From assembly GCA_965230895.1 (NCBI GenBank), contig OZ246394.1:505316-569315 (forward strand): a stretch of DNA of 64,000 bases, given 5' to 3'. The DNA is from an uncultured Gammaproteobacteria bacterium (GTDB lineage Bacteria; Patescibacteriota; Microgenomatia; Levybacterales; UBA12049). Shown in pieces: positions 10,414-20,185 of the stretch. How positions within the stretch are numbered: position 1 is the first letter of the stretch; every line of letters begins with the position of its first letter. A model generated the notes under the pieces. The model made no database searches. It saw nothing but the letters and a program-made list of their open reading frames with translations, and had not been told where the DNA came from. The position numbers were made by a program, and so were the translations under genes.

Positions 10414-10830
10414 ATGGATTTTATTCCTCAATCAAAGCAACCTAAAACCTGGGAAGAATTACAAAGTCTTACTGAATATATGTCAGACTGCGACCCACGT
10501 GAATTAAGACTAAAAGAAGATACTCAGTTTTATGATCTATATAAGGAGTTAGTGCCGAGAGAGATTGCTTTAGAGATTATTAAAAGGCAAATTGGAAATA
10601 ATTCTATTGCACTTATTAATAACAATTTTCCATATACAAGGACTTTAGAGTTACTTCCAAAGGTAAAGCATTATTGTTTGTGGTCATTAACGGGTCCACT
10701 GAATGAGGACACTATTAAAGAAGTAGTAGGCTCAAAGTTTCCAAAAAAAGATTGGTGTAAATCAGAGAGAAAACTCAATTTTAAATCCGTCCCTGAAATG
10801 TGGCATTGTCATATATTTGTTAAGAACTAA
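10414..10830 (+). CDS. DUF3605-like (HIT-like) protein
   Basis: NNFPY..HYCLWS..KSVPEMWHCHIF pattern. Confidence 0.6.
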   Translation: MDFIPQSKQPKTWEELQSLTEYMSDCDPRELRLKEDTQFYDLYKELVPREIALEIIKRQIGNNSIALINNNFPYTRTLELLPKVKHYCLWSLTGPLNEDTIKEVVGSKFPKKDWCKSERKLNFKSVPEMWHCHIFVKN

Positions 10831-11954
10831 TATATGCTTGTAAGCATATTTTTTACTTGCTCTGCACTTATAACTACAGGAGTATTAGCTGCTCTGTTAG
10901 TATAAAAACTTTCCTTAACTATTAAGTCTATACCTGACTTAATTATTCCTAATTCTGACAATTTTGTCTTTAAGCCAATTTCTTTAATTAATCTTTTTAT
11001 TAATTCTTCAGCCTCATTATGTGCAGTAACATTTAGAGCTTTTAATAAATCGTGCTCAATTCTTGGAGAAAGCTTAGGAAGAAATAATTTCAGGAATGAT
11101 GGCATTGTTAATGCTACTGCTTGGCCGTGTTGTATATTCCAATGTGCAGTTATCGGATAAGATACCGCATGACAAATAGTTGTTTGAGTATTTGAAAAAG
11201 CCAAACCACTATATAATGAACCTAAAGCCATATTATCTCTTACAAGAACATTGGGAGAATGTACAGCATTGGAAATACTATTAATAATAAGCTCAATAGC
11301 TTTTAAAGAATATCTTCTTGTTACACTATTACTATTTATATTCCAATATGATTCTATTGCTTGGCATAGGGCGTCAATTCCTGATGTAGCTGAGATGGAC
11401 GGGCTTAAATCATCAGTAAGCGAAGGATCTATTATTGCATAGTCAGGAAACATGTATTCGGAAGTAAGTGAGTATTTCTTCTTATCATCACCCCATACAG
11501 TAGCCCATGGTGTCACTTCACTCCCTGTACCTGATGTTGTTGGAACAGCAATTAGTTGTAATCCTTTATGTGTCAGTTGTCTAGATTTGTTTTTAATATA
11601 ATCTTCTAATAATCCATCATGCTCTGCTAATATACATGCAGATTTTACTACATCTATGATTTTGCCACCTCCAATTGCTATCACTGAATCAAACTTATTC
11701 TTTCTTAAATATTTGGCAAGTTCATCAATAGTTTTATTGTTAGATTTTAGGATTTTCCCTGTATACAAAGTAAAACTAATTGCTCTTTTTAGTTGATCAA
11801 ATTTAGCTGTAGTTTTAAAATGCTCTCCACAAACAATTAAAATTGAAGTATCATTTGAAGTGATTTTATTTAACCTTTCTTCTAAGATATCTCTGCCATA
11901 GTATACTTTCACTGGCATAAAGTAATTCTTAGTTTTTTTAGGAGGAATATACAT
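10827..11954 (-). CDS. Phosphonoacetaldehyde reductase (iron-containing alcohol dehydrogenase)
   Basis: GGGKIID, PTTSGTGSEVT, DALCQAIES, HAVSY...HG; lies downstream of ppd. Confidence 0.85.
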   Translation of the reverse strand: MYIPPKKTKNYFMPVKVYYGRDILEERLNKITSNDTSILIVCGEHFKTTAKFDQLKRAISFTLYTGKILKSNNKTIDELAKYLRKNKFDSVIAIGGGKIIDVVKSACILAEHDGLLEDYIKNKSRQLTHKGLQLIAVPTTSGTGSEVTPWATVWGDDKKKYSLTSEYMFPDYAIIDPSLTDDLSPSISATSGIDALCQAIESYWNINSNSVTRRYSLKAIELIINSISNAVHSPNVLVRDNMALGSLYSGLAFSNTQTTICHAVSYPITAHWNIQHGQAVALTMPSFLKLFLPKLSPRIEHDLLKALNVTAHNEAEELIKRLIKEIGLKTKLSELGIIKSGIDLIVKESFYTNRAANTPVVISAEQVKNMLTSIY

Positions 11955-11955
11955 G

Positions 11956-13062
11956 TTACCTAAATTTTTCAATTTCATTCATAAACAATTCTTTTACTTC
12001 AGGCGCAGAGTATTTTTCTGAGACACGCATAGATTTATGTGTAGTATTAAAGTTTATTTTAATATGTAGAAACACACTTTTATTTTTAGCTTCTTGTATT
12101 TTAGTTAATGCTGTTTGAAGCTGGTCTTTAGTTTTTACAAGTTCAATTATTTCAAATCCAAATGCTTTTGCTAATAAAGCAAAATTAACCTTTTTTGAAA
12201 CGGTTGGCTGGCAACCTGTACTCTCACACACCTCATTATCTAAAACAATATAAACTAAGTTTTTGTGCTTGTATGGATCAAATGATCCCATACCACCTAA
12301 ATGCATGAGAGATGACGCATCTCCATCCAAAATAATGGTTCTTTCCTTAGTATTTTCAGCGACACCTAATCCAAGGGCTAAAGTATGCCCCATAGATCCC
12401 ATCATATAAAAATCTTTTGTAGGATTCACAGTAAAAGAATCTCTTGAAGGAAATCCTGTTGATGAAATAAATAAAGAATTAGATGCTAACTGCTCTTTTA
12501 TTTTTTGAACAACTTCATATCTATCCATTTCATATCCATTATCCATTGGTTCTAATTTATATTCATCAAAAGTGTTTTTCTTTACAATTAATGCCACTGG
12601 CTTATTCGTTTTTCTAGCTTTAGTAGCCAACCTTTCAATTTGTTCTGAGTATAACTGATCATCTATAATTTCATATGGTATTTGGAATGTGTCCATAATT
12701 TTTTCTAAATTTTCTCCAACGACATCGTGCTCAGGAGCATCTGCACCTACGCCACCTTCACCTCTCCAAGTGACAACATAAAAAACTGGTATTTGATAAA
12801 TCTGATTCAATGAGGTTAACGCATTCAAGGTATTCATTAAGCCTGAATTTTGCATCATGACAATGGGTAGCTTTCCTGTACTCAAATAATGACCAGATGC
12901 TATTCCCATAGCAAGTCCTTCGTTAACAGGATTGATAACATTCATAGAATTAGTCGCTATGATGTAGTTGAGCAAGTTCTTAAAGTAAGAACAAGGAACT
13001 TGAACGAGTGGTCCCAAGTTATTCTTAATTAATGCATTTGTGAAATCTTTTGGTTTAATCAT
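11956..13062 (-). CDS. aepY: Phosphonopyruvate decarboxylase
   Basis: VPCS, NEGLA, MQNSGL, WRGE, FYMMGSMGH, DGDAS..N TPP motif. Confidence 0.93.
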   Translation of the reverse strand: MIKPKDFTNALIKNNLGPLVQVPCSYFKNLLNYIIATNSMNVINPVNEGLAMGIASGHYLSTGKLPIVMMQNSGLMNTLNALTSLNQIYQIPVFYVVTWRGEGGVGADAPEHDVVGENLEKIMDTFQIPYEIIDDQLYSEQIERLATKARKTNKPVALIVKKNTFDEYKLEPMDNGYEMDRYEVVQKIKEQLASNSLFISSTGFPSRDSFTVNPTKDFYMMGSMGHTLALGLGVAENTKERTIILDGDASSLMHLGGMGSFDPYKHKNLVYIVLDNEVCESTGCQPTVSKKVNFALLAKAFGFEIIELVKTKDQLQTALTKIQEAKNKSVFLHIKINFNTTHKSMRVSEKYSAPEVKELFMNEIEKFR

Positions 13063-13899
13063 TTATGTACCCTCTTTATCTCTACTAACAGTTTCAAGCA
13101 TTCCTACTGTCTCAAATAATGTGCTTATTTCTACACATTTTTCTTCAGCTTCTGTTGATCTATCATTCAATAATATACTTTTACATACTTCTTCCATGGC
13201 CTTATATGCTGATCTCAAAAGATGATTTGCATAGATGATAATATTGAATCCTTCTTTCGCTAATTCTGATGCAGTAATCGCATTGTAAGTTGTAGGAACA
13301 CATACTAATACCTTTCCTCTTGTTAAACTTTCAGGAAGTAATTTATATTGTCTTGCAAACTCAATAATTTCATCTGGTGCTTTCGACTTAGAATGAATCA
13401 TTATGCCATCTGCACCCGCCTTTAAAAATGCCTCAGCGCGTGCTATAGCATCTTTGACTGTTTCACCTGAGATTAAACTTTCAAGTCTAGCTACAATCAT
13501 AAAATCATCGCTCTGTTTTGCTTCAATACCTCTTTTTATTTTTCTTGAAAATACTTCAATGCTTTCTAGATTTTGATTTGTTTCCGCAAAACTATTTCTT
13601 TTAGGAAAGACTTTATCTTCGATAATTACCATAGATGCTCCAGCACGCTCCAATCTACGTACTAAGTATTCGAAGTGATTAATATCTCCTCCACTGTCAC
13701 CATCCACAATCATTGGCTTCGTAGTTACATCTAAGATTTGATGAATTGTATGAAGTCTCGAATCAGAGCTAACAAGTTCTATATCTGGCAATCCTTTCGA
13801 AGCAGAATCTGTCAAGCTGCTCTCCCAGAATCCATCAAAAGAATATTCTGCTGAGTTTTTAGTAATACTAATATTAGCAATATAAATTAGAAAAAACAA
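13063..13899 (-). pseudogene. aepX: Phosphoenolpyruvate mutase, apparently 5'-truncated
   Basis: PepM signature EDKVFPKRNS, DGFWESSLTDSASKGLPD, DGDSGG; the N-terminal strand/helix (HNGLS-like) is missing and the only start is a TTG in AT-rich non-homologous sequence. Confidence 0.75.
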
Positions 13900-14087
13900 T
13901 AACTAATATATTTTATTAATACATAAATCTATTTTAAAAACACCTGAAGAAGCTTGACTTTAGATTTACTTAAAAAAATTATATGCTTTAGTGAAGTTAA
14001 GAGTAAAAAGTTTAGTTTAGTTTAGCTTGTTCGATCGACCCACACTTTAGATTGATATGACTTGCTAAATTGATTGAGGCAAAATCT

Positions 14088-14163
14088 TGGGGTGGCTGAC
14101 GGGAATCGGACCCGCGACATTCAGTACCACAAACTGACGCTCTACCCCTGAGCTACAGCCACC
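14088..14163 (-). tRNA. tRNA-His(GUG) with G-1 and encoded CCA
   Basis: G-GTGGCTG/CAGCCAC-C-CCA acceptor stem; anticodon arm TCAGT-TTGTGGT-ACTGA; T-arm GCGGG-TCCGATT-CCCGT. Confidence 0.95.
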
Positions 14164-14164
14164 A

Positions 14165-14410
14165 TTATTTGAAGAGTTCGTTTCTAATTTCTCTTCCGAC
14201 ACCACTTTTAAAGTATTTTTCTAATTCTCTCGCTTCTGCTCTACTTTGAACTATCTCTACATGAACTAATATAAATGGTCCTCTATGCAAGGTTGATGGT
14301 GTTGAATGAGTTCCTTGATTGTGCTGATCCATTCTTCTACCGATATCATTAGTGATACCTGTGTAGAATTTACCATCTTTTACGCTCTTAATTATATAGC
14401 AGAAATACAT
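14165..14410 (-). CDS. Stand-alone GIY-YIG nuclease (81 aa)
   Basis: YFCYIIKS..FYTGITNDIGRRMDQHN..EARELEKYFKSG. Confidence 0.9.
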   Translation of the reverse strand: MYFCYIIKSVKDGKFYTGITNDIGRRMDQHNQGTHSTPSTLHRGPFILVHVEIVQSRAEARELEKYFKSGVGREIRNELFK

Positions 14411-14414
14411 AGAT

Positions 14415-14461
14415 CTCTACCCCTGACCTGCCTGCCGTCAGGCAGGGCTACAGCCACCATT
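14415..14461 (-). repeat. Duplicate of the tRNA-His 5' end (27 bp, matching 14140-14166) interrupted by the 20-bp palindrome CCTGCCTG-CCGT-CAGGCAGG (14427-14446)
   Basis: Exact match of ctctacccctga + gctacagccaccatt on either side of an 8-bp perfect inverted repeat. Confidence 0.93.
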
Positions 14462-14526
14462 TGTATAGATAAGTATACCAATTTTTGAATTAAGTTTAAA
14501 GTACCAACTTATAGTATAATACTAGC

Positions 14527-15075
14527 ATGAAAGAAGGTTATATAGGCGGTCCAACTGGTGGAGTTCCTGAAACTATTTTTAGACGAAATTTTGGAAAAAA
14601 TCCTGTAAAAGGTGCATCAGGCGCAGAATTGTTTTGTGAAGTTCGTGAAAGAAAGATTGAGGTTAGATCAACAGAAGAGTCTTATAAATGGACGAGATTC
14701 TTTGGTCAAGTTTCATATGACGGAATATTGGGCTTAAATATTTTAAATCGGGGAATTTTTAATAATCAACCACGACATCCTGATGTTTATGCAGCAAAGT
14801 TAGTGGAACGCTTTGTAGAATTTACAGGTGATAACGGATATCCCGTGTCAGCTATTGATGGGAGATGGCTAGAATCTGGAATGAATAGTAAAACATTTAG
14901 AAACTATTTAGATACTATTGCCCAAGAACGAGAAATTAGTCCACAAGACGAATTAGATGCAGCGAGAATGACTTGGACTGGAGCGTTGGCACATCGACTA
15001 GGATATGCGAACACTGAAGTTATTGATAATGGGAGACAGTCAAATGTCGTGTGGGCAAGATTTCGAAGAAGCTAA
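14527..15075 (+). CDS. Hypothetical protein
   Basis: 182-aa ORF; TATAAT 6 nt before ATG (leaderless). Confidence 0.65.
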   Translation: MKEGYIGGPTGGVPETIFRRNFGKNPVKGASGAELFCEVRERKIEVRSTEESYKWTRFFGQVSYDGILGLNILNRGIFNNQPRHPDVYAAKLVERFVEFTGDNGYPVSAIDGRWLESGMNSKTFRNYLDTIAQEREISPQDELDAARMTWTGALAHRLGYANTEVIDNGRQSNVVWARFRRS

Positions 15076-15076
15076 G

Positions 15077-15595
15077 TTAATGATTCCTGATTGATTCTTC
15101 TGCACGATCAATATCACTCGCAATATCTAATTCACGGGGGTGTTCTTCATCTTCGTCCATTTGTGTTCCAACAGCTTGTGCAGCATCAAGTGTATCATCA
15201 TCTGAAGTAGGATCAGTTTCACTTCCACTTATAGATTGTTGGCCTTGATTGGATGGATGATTAAATGGCGCAGACTCAGTATTAATCTCATCACTTCCGG
15301 GAGAATCATCTCCAGAAGCATTTTGAATATTAACCGTATAAGGTATACTTCCTCCATGATTTTTATCTGAGGGCATATCTACGTCTTCTTCAGAAGCAAT
15401 GTCCATACTTTCCTTATATTTTGCATCAGACATAGTCCGTGCAGGATAATCTTGCGAAGTTTGTTGTGATGAGTTTTTATTTGATGTTATACCTGATAAA
15501 CCTGTTGCGTCTCCTAGGAAACCTTCGGCATTTGTTGTCGGGTCGAGTGGTTGAGCCATTGCTCCGCCACCCTTTTTACCTTTGTCATTATTCAT
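15077..15595 (-). CDS. Acidic low-complexity protein (DUF6335-like C-terminus)
   Basis: Asp/Ser-rich; SGSETDPTSDDDTLDAAQAVG. Confidence 0.6.
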   Translation of the reverse strand: MNNDKGKKGGGAMAQPLDPTTNAEGFLGDATGLSGITSNKNSSQQTSQDYPARTMSDAKYKESMDIASEEDVDMPSDKNHGGSIPYTVNIQNASGDDSPGSDEINTESAPFNHPSNQGQQSISGSETDPTSDDDTLDAAQAVGTQMDEDEEHPRELDIASDIDRAEESIRNH

Positions 15596-15657
15596 AAATC
15601 TTATACTAAAGGCACAGCATAAAATTTATATGATGATTACGTAAAAATGCAGTAAGA

Positions 15658-16455
15658 TTAAAGTGCCGTCTCCTGTATCTTTATTGGAAGATCTATTAAA
15701 TCCAATTTAGTCATAATCTTTCGGATAACAGTTGTCTGGCCAGTAGTATAAATATCGTAAAATCGCTCATTCGTTTTTGTGGCAATCTGATTATTTTCAA
15801 TAATTTGTTTTACTCTCCTTGCTATAGCTGCACCAGAATTGAGTAAATGAACATGTTTCCCAAGATGTTCCTGAATAGCTGTTGCTATCAACGGATAATG
15901 AGTACATCCCAAAGCCAATGTATCAATTTTTTCTTTTTTAAATTTGTCCAATACGTTTTCCAATTGCTCATCGATTTCTTTCCCATAAGTTATTCCTTTC
16001 TCGATGAGAGGAACTAATCCATCTGTTCCATAATTAAAGACTGCGCAATCGTTCGCAAATTCAGCGATAATCTTTTTCTGATAATCACTCTTTGCAGTCT
16101 GCGTTGTTGAAAGTATACCGATACGTTTATTGACTGTTACTTCAGCAGCAGTTTTAACTACAGGAACTGCTCCCACAATCGGAACATGATGATAGTCTTT
16201 ACGTAATTGATCGATGCAAGAGACTGTTATTGTATTGCAAGCGATAACAATAATCTTCACTTCTTTCTTCAGTAAAAAGTTTATGAGTTCTCTCGCGCGA
16301 GAATAAATCTCGTCTTTTGTTTTGGTCCCGTATGGTGTATTTGCAGAATCTCCAATATAGATAATTGATTCGTGAGGAAGCAGCTCGATTATCTCTTTGG
16401 CAACCGTTAAGCCGCCTATTCCTGAATCTAAAATGCCAATTGGTTTGTCATTCAT
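15658..16455 (-). CDS. murI: Glutamate racemase
   Basis: DSGIGG, PYGTK, IACNT, LGCTHYP. Confidence 0.97.
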   Translation of the reverse strand: MNDKPIGILDSGIGGLTVAKEIIELLPHESIIYIGDSANTPYGTKTKDEIYSRARELINFLLKKEVKIIVIACNTITVSCIDQLRKDYHHVPIVGAVPVVKTAAEVTVNKRIGILSTTQTAKSDYQKKIIAEFANDCAVFNYGTDGLVPLIEKGITYGKEIDEQLENVLDKFKKEKIDTLALGCTHYPLIATAIQEHLGKHVHLLNSGAAIARRVKQIIENNQIATKTNERFYDIYTTGQTTVIRKIMTKLDLIDLPIKIQETAL

Positions 16456-16512
16456 GAGGTGAGTTATTATTGCATTTTATTTGAATACTTGTCAAAATAA
16501 TTGCAGAGTCAT

Positions 16513-16836
16513 ATGAAACAACAAATTCATGCACCTGAAATGTTCAAATGGGTTTTGGGATTTTTTATATTACTTTGGCTTGCTGGATTTATCCAAATTC
16601 CACTTTTTAATACTCCCCTCTTTCATGTTTTTGGACGTGCATTCACAGTTCATCACTTATTAATTCTTTTGCTCTTAGGATATGCTATCCGGTTTTTGCC
16701 AGGAATTTTGCAAACAATTGTCGCAATCTTTATCGGTATCTGGCTACTTTCAACGTTCATCTTCCCTGCATTTGGAGGAATAGTTTATATTCTTCTTATA
16801 ATACTTGTACTTTATTTACTCTTTTCTTTTATTTAG
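16513..16836 (+). CDS. Small integral membrane protein
   Basis: About four hydrophobic segments; adjacent to the next gene. Confidence 0.7.
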   Translation: MKQQIHAPEMFKWVLGFFILLWLAGFIQIPLFNTPLFHVFGRAFTVHHLLILLLLGYAIRFLPGILQTIVAIFIGIWLLSTFIFPAFGGIVYILLIILVLYLLFSFI

Positions 16837-16839
16837 GTC

Positions 16840-17403
16840 ATGCAACAACTTCATCCGAAAGTATTACTACTTTTCTTTGTTAAAAATTTTCTTGCGACAT
16901 TTTACGTTATTCCTATTTGGTTTATTGCGGTAGCAGTATTCCAACAGGTTTGGGCTGAGGATATATCCTTTTTGCCCCTCGATGATATTGTTTTGATTTT
17001 GTATGGAGCTGGCGTTATTTTCTTTGCCATGCTTATTTTTGCTTGTTATTATTGGGCTGCTTTAACCTTTACTCATTTTACCTATACTCTTGAAAGTGAT
17101 GGATTGCATATTGATCGAGGAGTTTTCTTTAAGAGACATCTTGTCATCGGATACAATCAAATTGAAGATGCAATCGTTTTTATGAACCCTATTGTCGTTC
17201 GAGCGCTCGGGCTTTATACTCTTACGATTAAGACACGACAACAAGAAAATACTGTAGGTATTTTTAATAAATCGATTACAGAAAAAATTCCCGGGCTTAC
17301 GGCAGAGACAGTAAATCAACTACGAAATGATTTAATAAAACTTTCACATGTACAACCTGTTCAGAGAAAATTCTTCGATCCTGTTTCTGGAAAATATCAT
17401 TAA
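16840..17403 (+). CDS. Membrane protein with bacterial PH domain (bPH_2/YdbS-like)
   Basis: Two TMs then IDRGVFFK..IGYNQI..RALGLYTLTIKT..IPGL. Confidence 0.75.
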   Translation: MQQLHPKVLLLFFVKNFLATFYVIPIWFIAVAVFQQVWAEDISFLPLDDIVLILYGAGVIFFAMLIFACYYWAALTFTHFTYTLESDGLHIDRGVFFKRHLVIGYNQIEDAIVFMNPIVVRALGLYTLTIKTRQQENTVGIFNKSITEKIPGLTAETVNQLRNDLIKLSHVQPVQRKFFDPVSGKYH

Positions 17404-17423
17404 CACGCAAACTTTCCTCTTGA

Positions 17424-18749
<1,326 letters not shown>

Positions 18750-18820
18750 ATTGAATCTTTTCTGACAATTATTTTCCTCATTGTCATTTTATCGACTTAC
18801 TATTACAATGTAGGGGTAAA

Positions 18821-19819
18821 ATGATTCGGTTGAAAACGCAGGCAAAAACCCGTAGAAAATCCTCAAAAAAAGAAAACTATTTAAAGAAATTATCATTTAA
18901 TTTTGCATCTCAGAGTGTTGTAATTTTTCTTGTTGTAGCGTTCTTTGGTTTTGAAATCTTCCTTGCACCCACTGCAACTGCAGACCAACTTCCTATAACA
19001 AAACCAACCAATGTGACAATTGCATCAAATTTGTTAGTCTCTCCAACACCTGAACCGACAATTTCACTTCCATTAATGGAAGATTTATCTGAATCTTTAA
19101 AACCTGAAATAACTTCAGAAGCTGCAAAAATTGGACCTTCACAGGCAGAAGATTATTGTATGAATGTTCCTGTCGTTATGTACCATCATGTCCAACCACT
19201 TGATATGTCTGATCTTCTTGGCCACAAAGCACTTACACTTGATAGCACAATCTTTGACGAACAAATGCAATATCTTTCTGATCAAGGATATAAAGCACTT
19301 GCTGCTGAAGACCTGGTCAATGCCTTAGAAACAAGACAACCTCTTCCTGAAAAAAGCATTATCATCACAATTGATGACGGCTATGATGATAATTACACAT
19401 ACGCTTTTATGTCTGCAAAAAAGCATCATATGATTATGAATTTTATGATCCCAACTGGACTTATCGGTAAATCAGGATATATGAATTGGGATCATTTGAA
19501 AGAAATGCATGCAAATCCTTACGTTCGAATTTATAACCATACCACATCGCACGCTCCGCTTGGCTTGATTGATAAAGATAAAATCACAATGGAAGTCAAA
19601 ACAGCAAATGAACAGTTGGCCGCAGAACTCGGTTTGGATAATAAAATCGTTACCTATCCTTATGGATCATACGATGATGAGGCCGTCGAGGATCTGAAAG
19701 AACTTGGAATGACAGCAGCTTTTACTACTGATATGGGAACAGAACAATGTCTTTCAAAAATCATGACCCTCCCACGACTCAGAATCGGAAACGCCCCAAT
19801 GAGCGACTACGGTTTCTAA
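18821..19819 (+). CDS. Polysaccharide deacetylase (CE4), membrane-anchored
   Basis: VMYHHV, TIDDGY, NHTTSH, YPYG. Confidence 0.9.
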   Translation: MIRLKTQAKTRRKSSKKENYLKKLSFNFASQSVVIFLVVAFFGFEIFLAPTATADQLPITKPTNVTIASNLLVSPTPEPTISLPLMEDLSESLKPEITSEAAKIGPSQAEDYCMNVPVVMYHHVQPLDMSDLLGHKALTLDSTIFDEQMQYLSDQGYKALAAEDLVNALETRQPLPEKSIIITIDDGYDDNYTYAFMSAKKHHMIMNFMIPTGLIGKSGYMNWDHLKEMHANPYVRIYNHTTSHAPLGLIDKDKITMEVKTANEQLAAELGLDNKIVTYPYGSYDDEAVEDLKELGMTAAFTTDMGTEQCLSKIMTLPRLRIGNAPMSDYGF

Positions 19820-19824
19820 ACCTT

Positions 19825-20178
19825 CGTCATTGCGAGCGTAGCGCGGCAATCTCATTTAAAGAATCTTCTTATATAAATCTTCCCACTCAGGATTCACGTT
19901 TTCTATTAATATTACTTTCTTTTTTCGCGATCCTGATTTTAATTGTTTTTCTCTAAGAATTGCTTCTTCTATTTCCTGATATTGTTCGTAATAAACTAGT
20001 TTATTGACATTATATTTTTGAGTAAATCCTTTTGTTGTCTTATGTTTATGTTGGTATACACGCTTTAGAAGATCACTACAAACTCCAATATAGAGTGTTG
20101 TATTCCATTCGTTGGTCAATATATAAATATATGAATACTTCATTATTGTGAGATTGCCACGCTACGCTCGCAATGACG
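19825..20178. mobile_element. GIY-YIG gene bracketed by 30-bp inverted repeats (19825-19854 and 20149-20178)
   Basis: cgtcattgcgagcgtagcgcggcaatctca matches the reverse complement of the right copy at 29/30 positions; mobility itself is inferred. Confidence 0.75.
19856..20143 (-). CDS. Stand-alone GIY-YIG nuclease (95 aa)
   Basis: YIYILTN..TLYIGVCSDL.KRVYQHK..AILREKQLK..NPEWEDL. Confidence 0.93.
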   Translation of the reverse strand: MKYSYIYILTNEWNTTLYIGVCSDLLKRVYQHKHKTTKGFTQKYNVNKLVYYEQYQEIEEAILREKQLKSGSRKKKVILIENVNPEWEDLYKKIL

Positions 20179-20185
20179 GGTATAC

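Noticed and set aside
14088-14461. tRNA intron carrying a homing endonuclease
   Set aside because: The tRNA-His is complete and uninterrupted, and there is no room for a group I/II core; the upstream piece is a duplicate.
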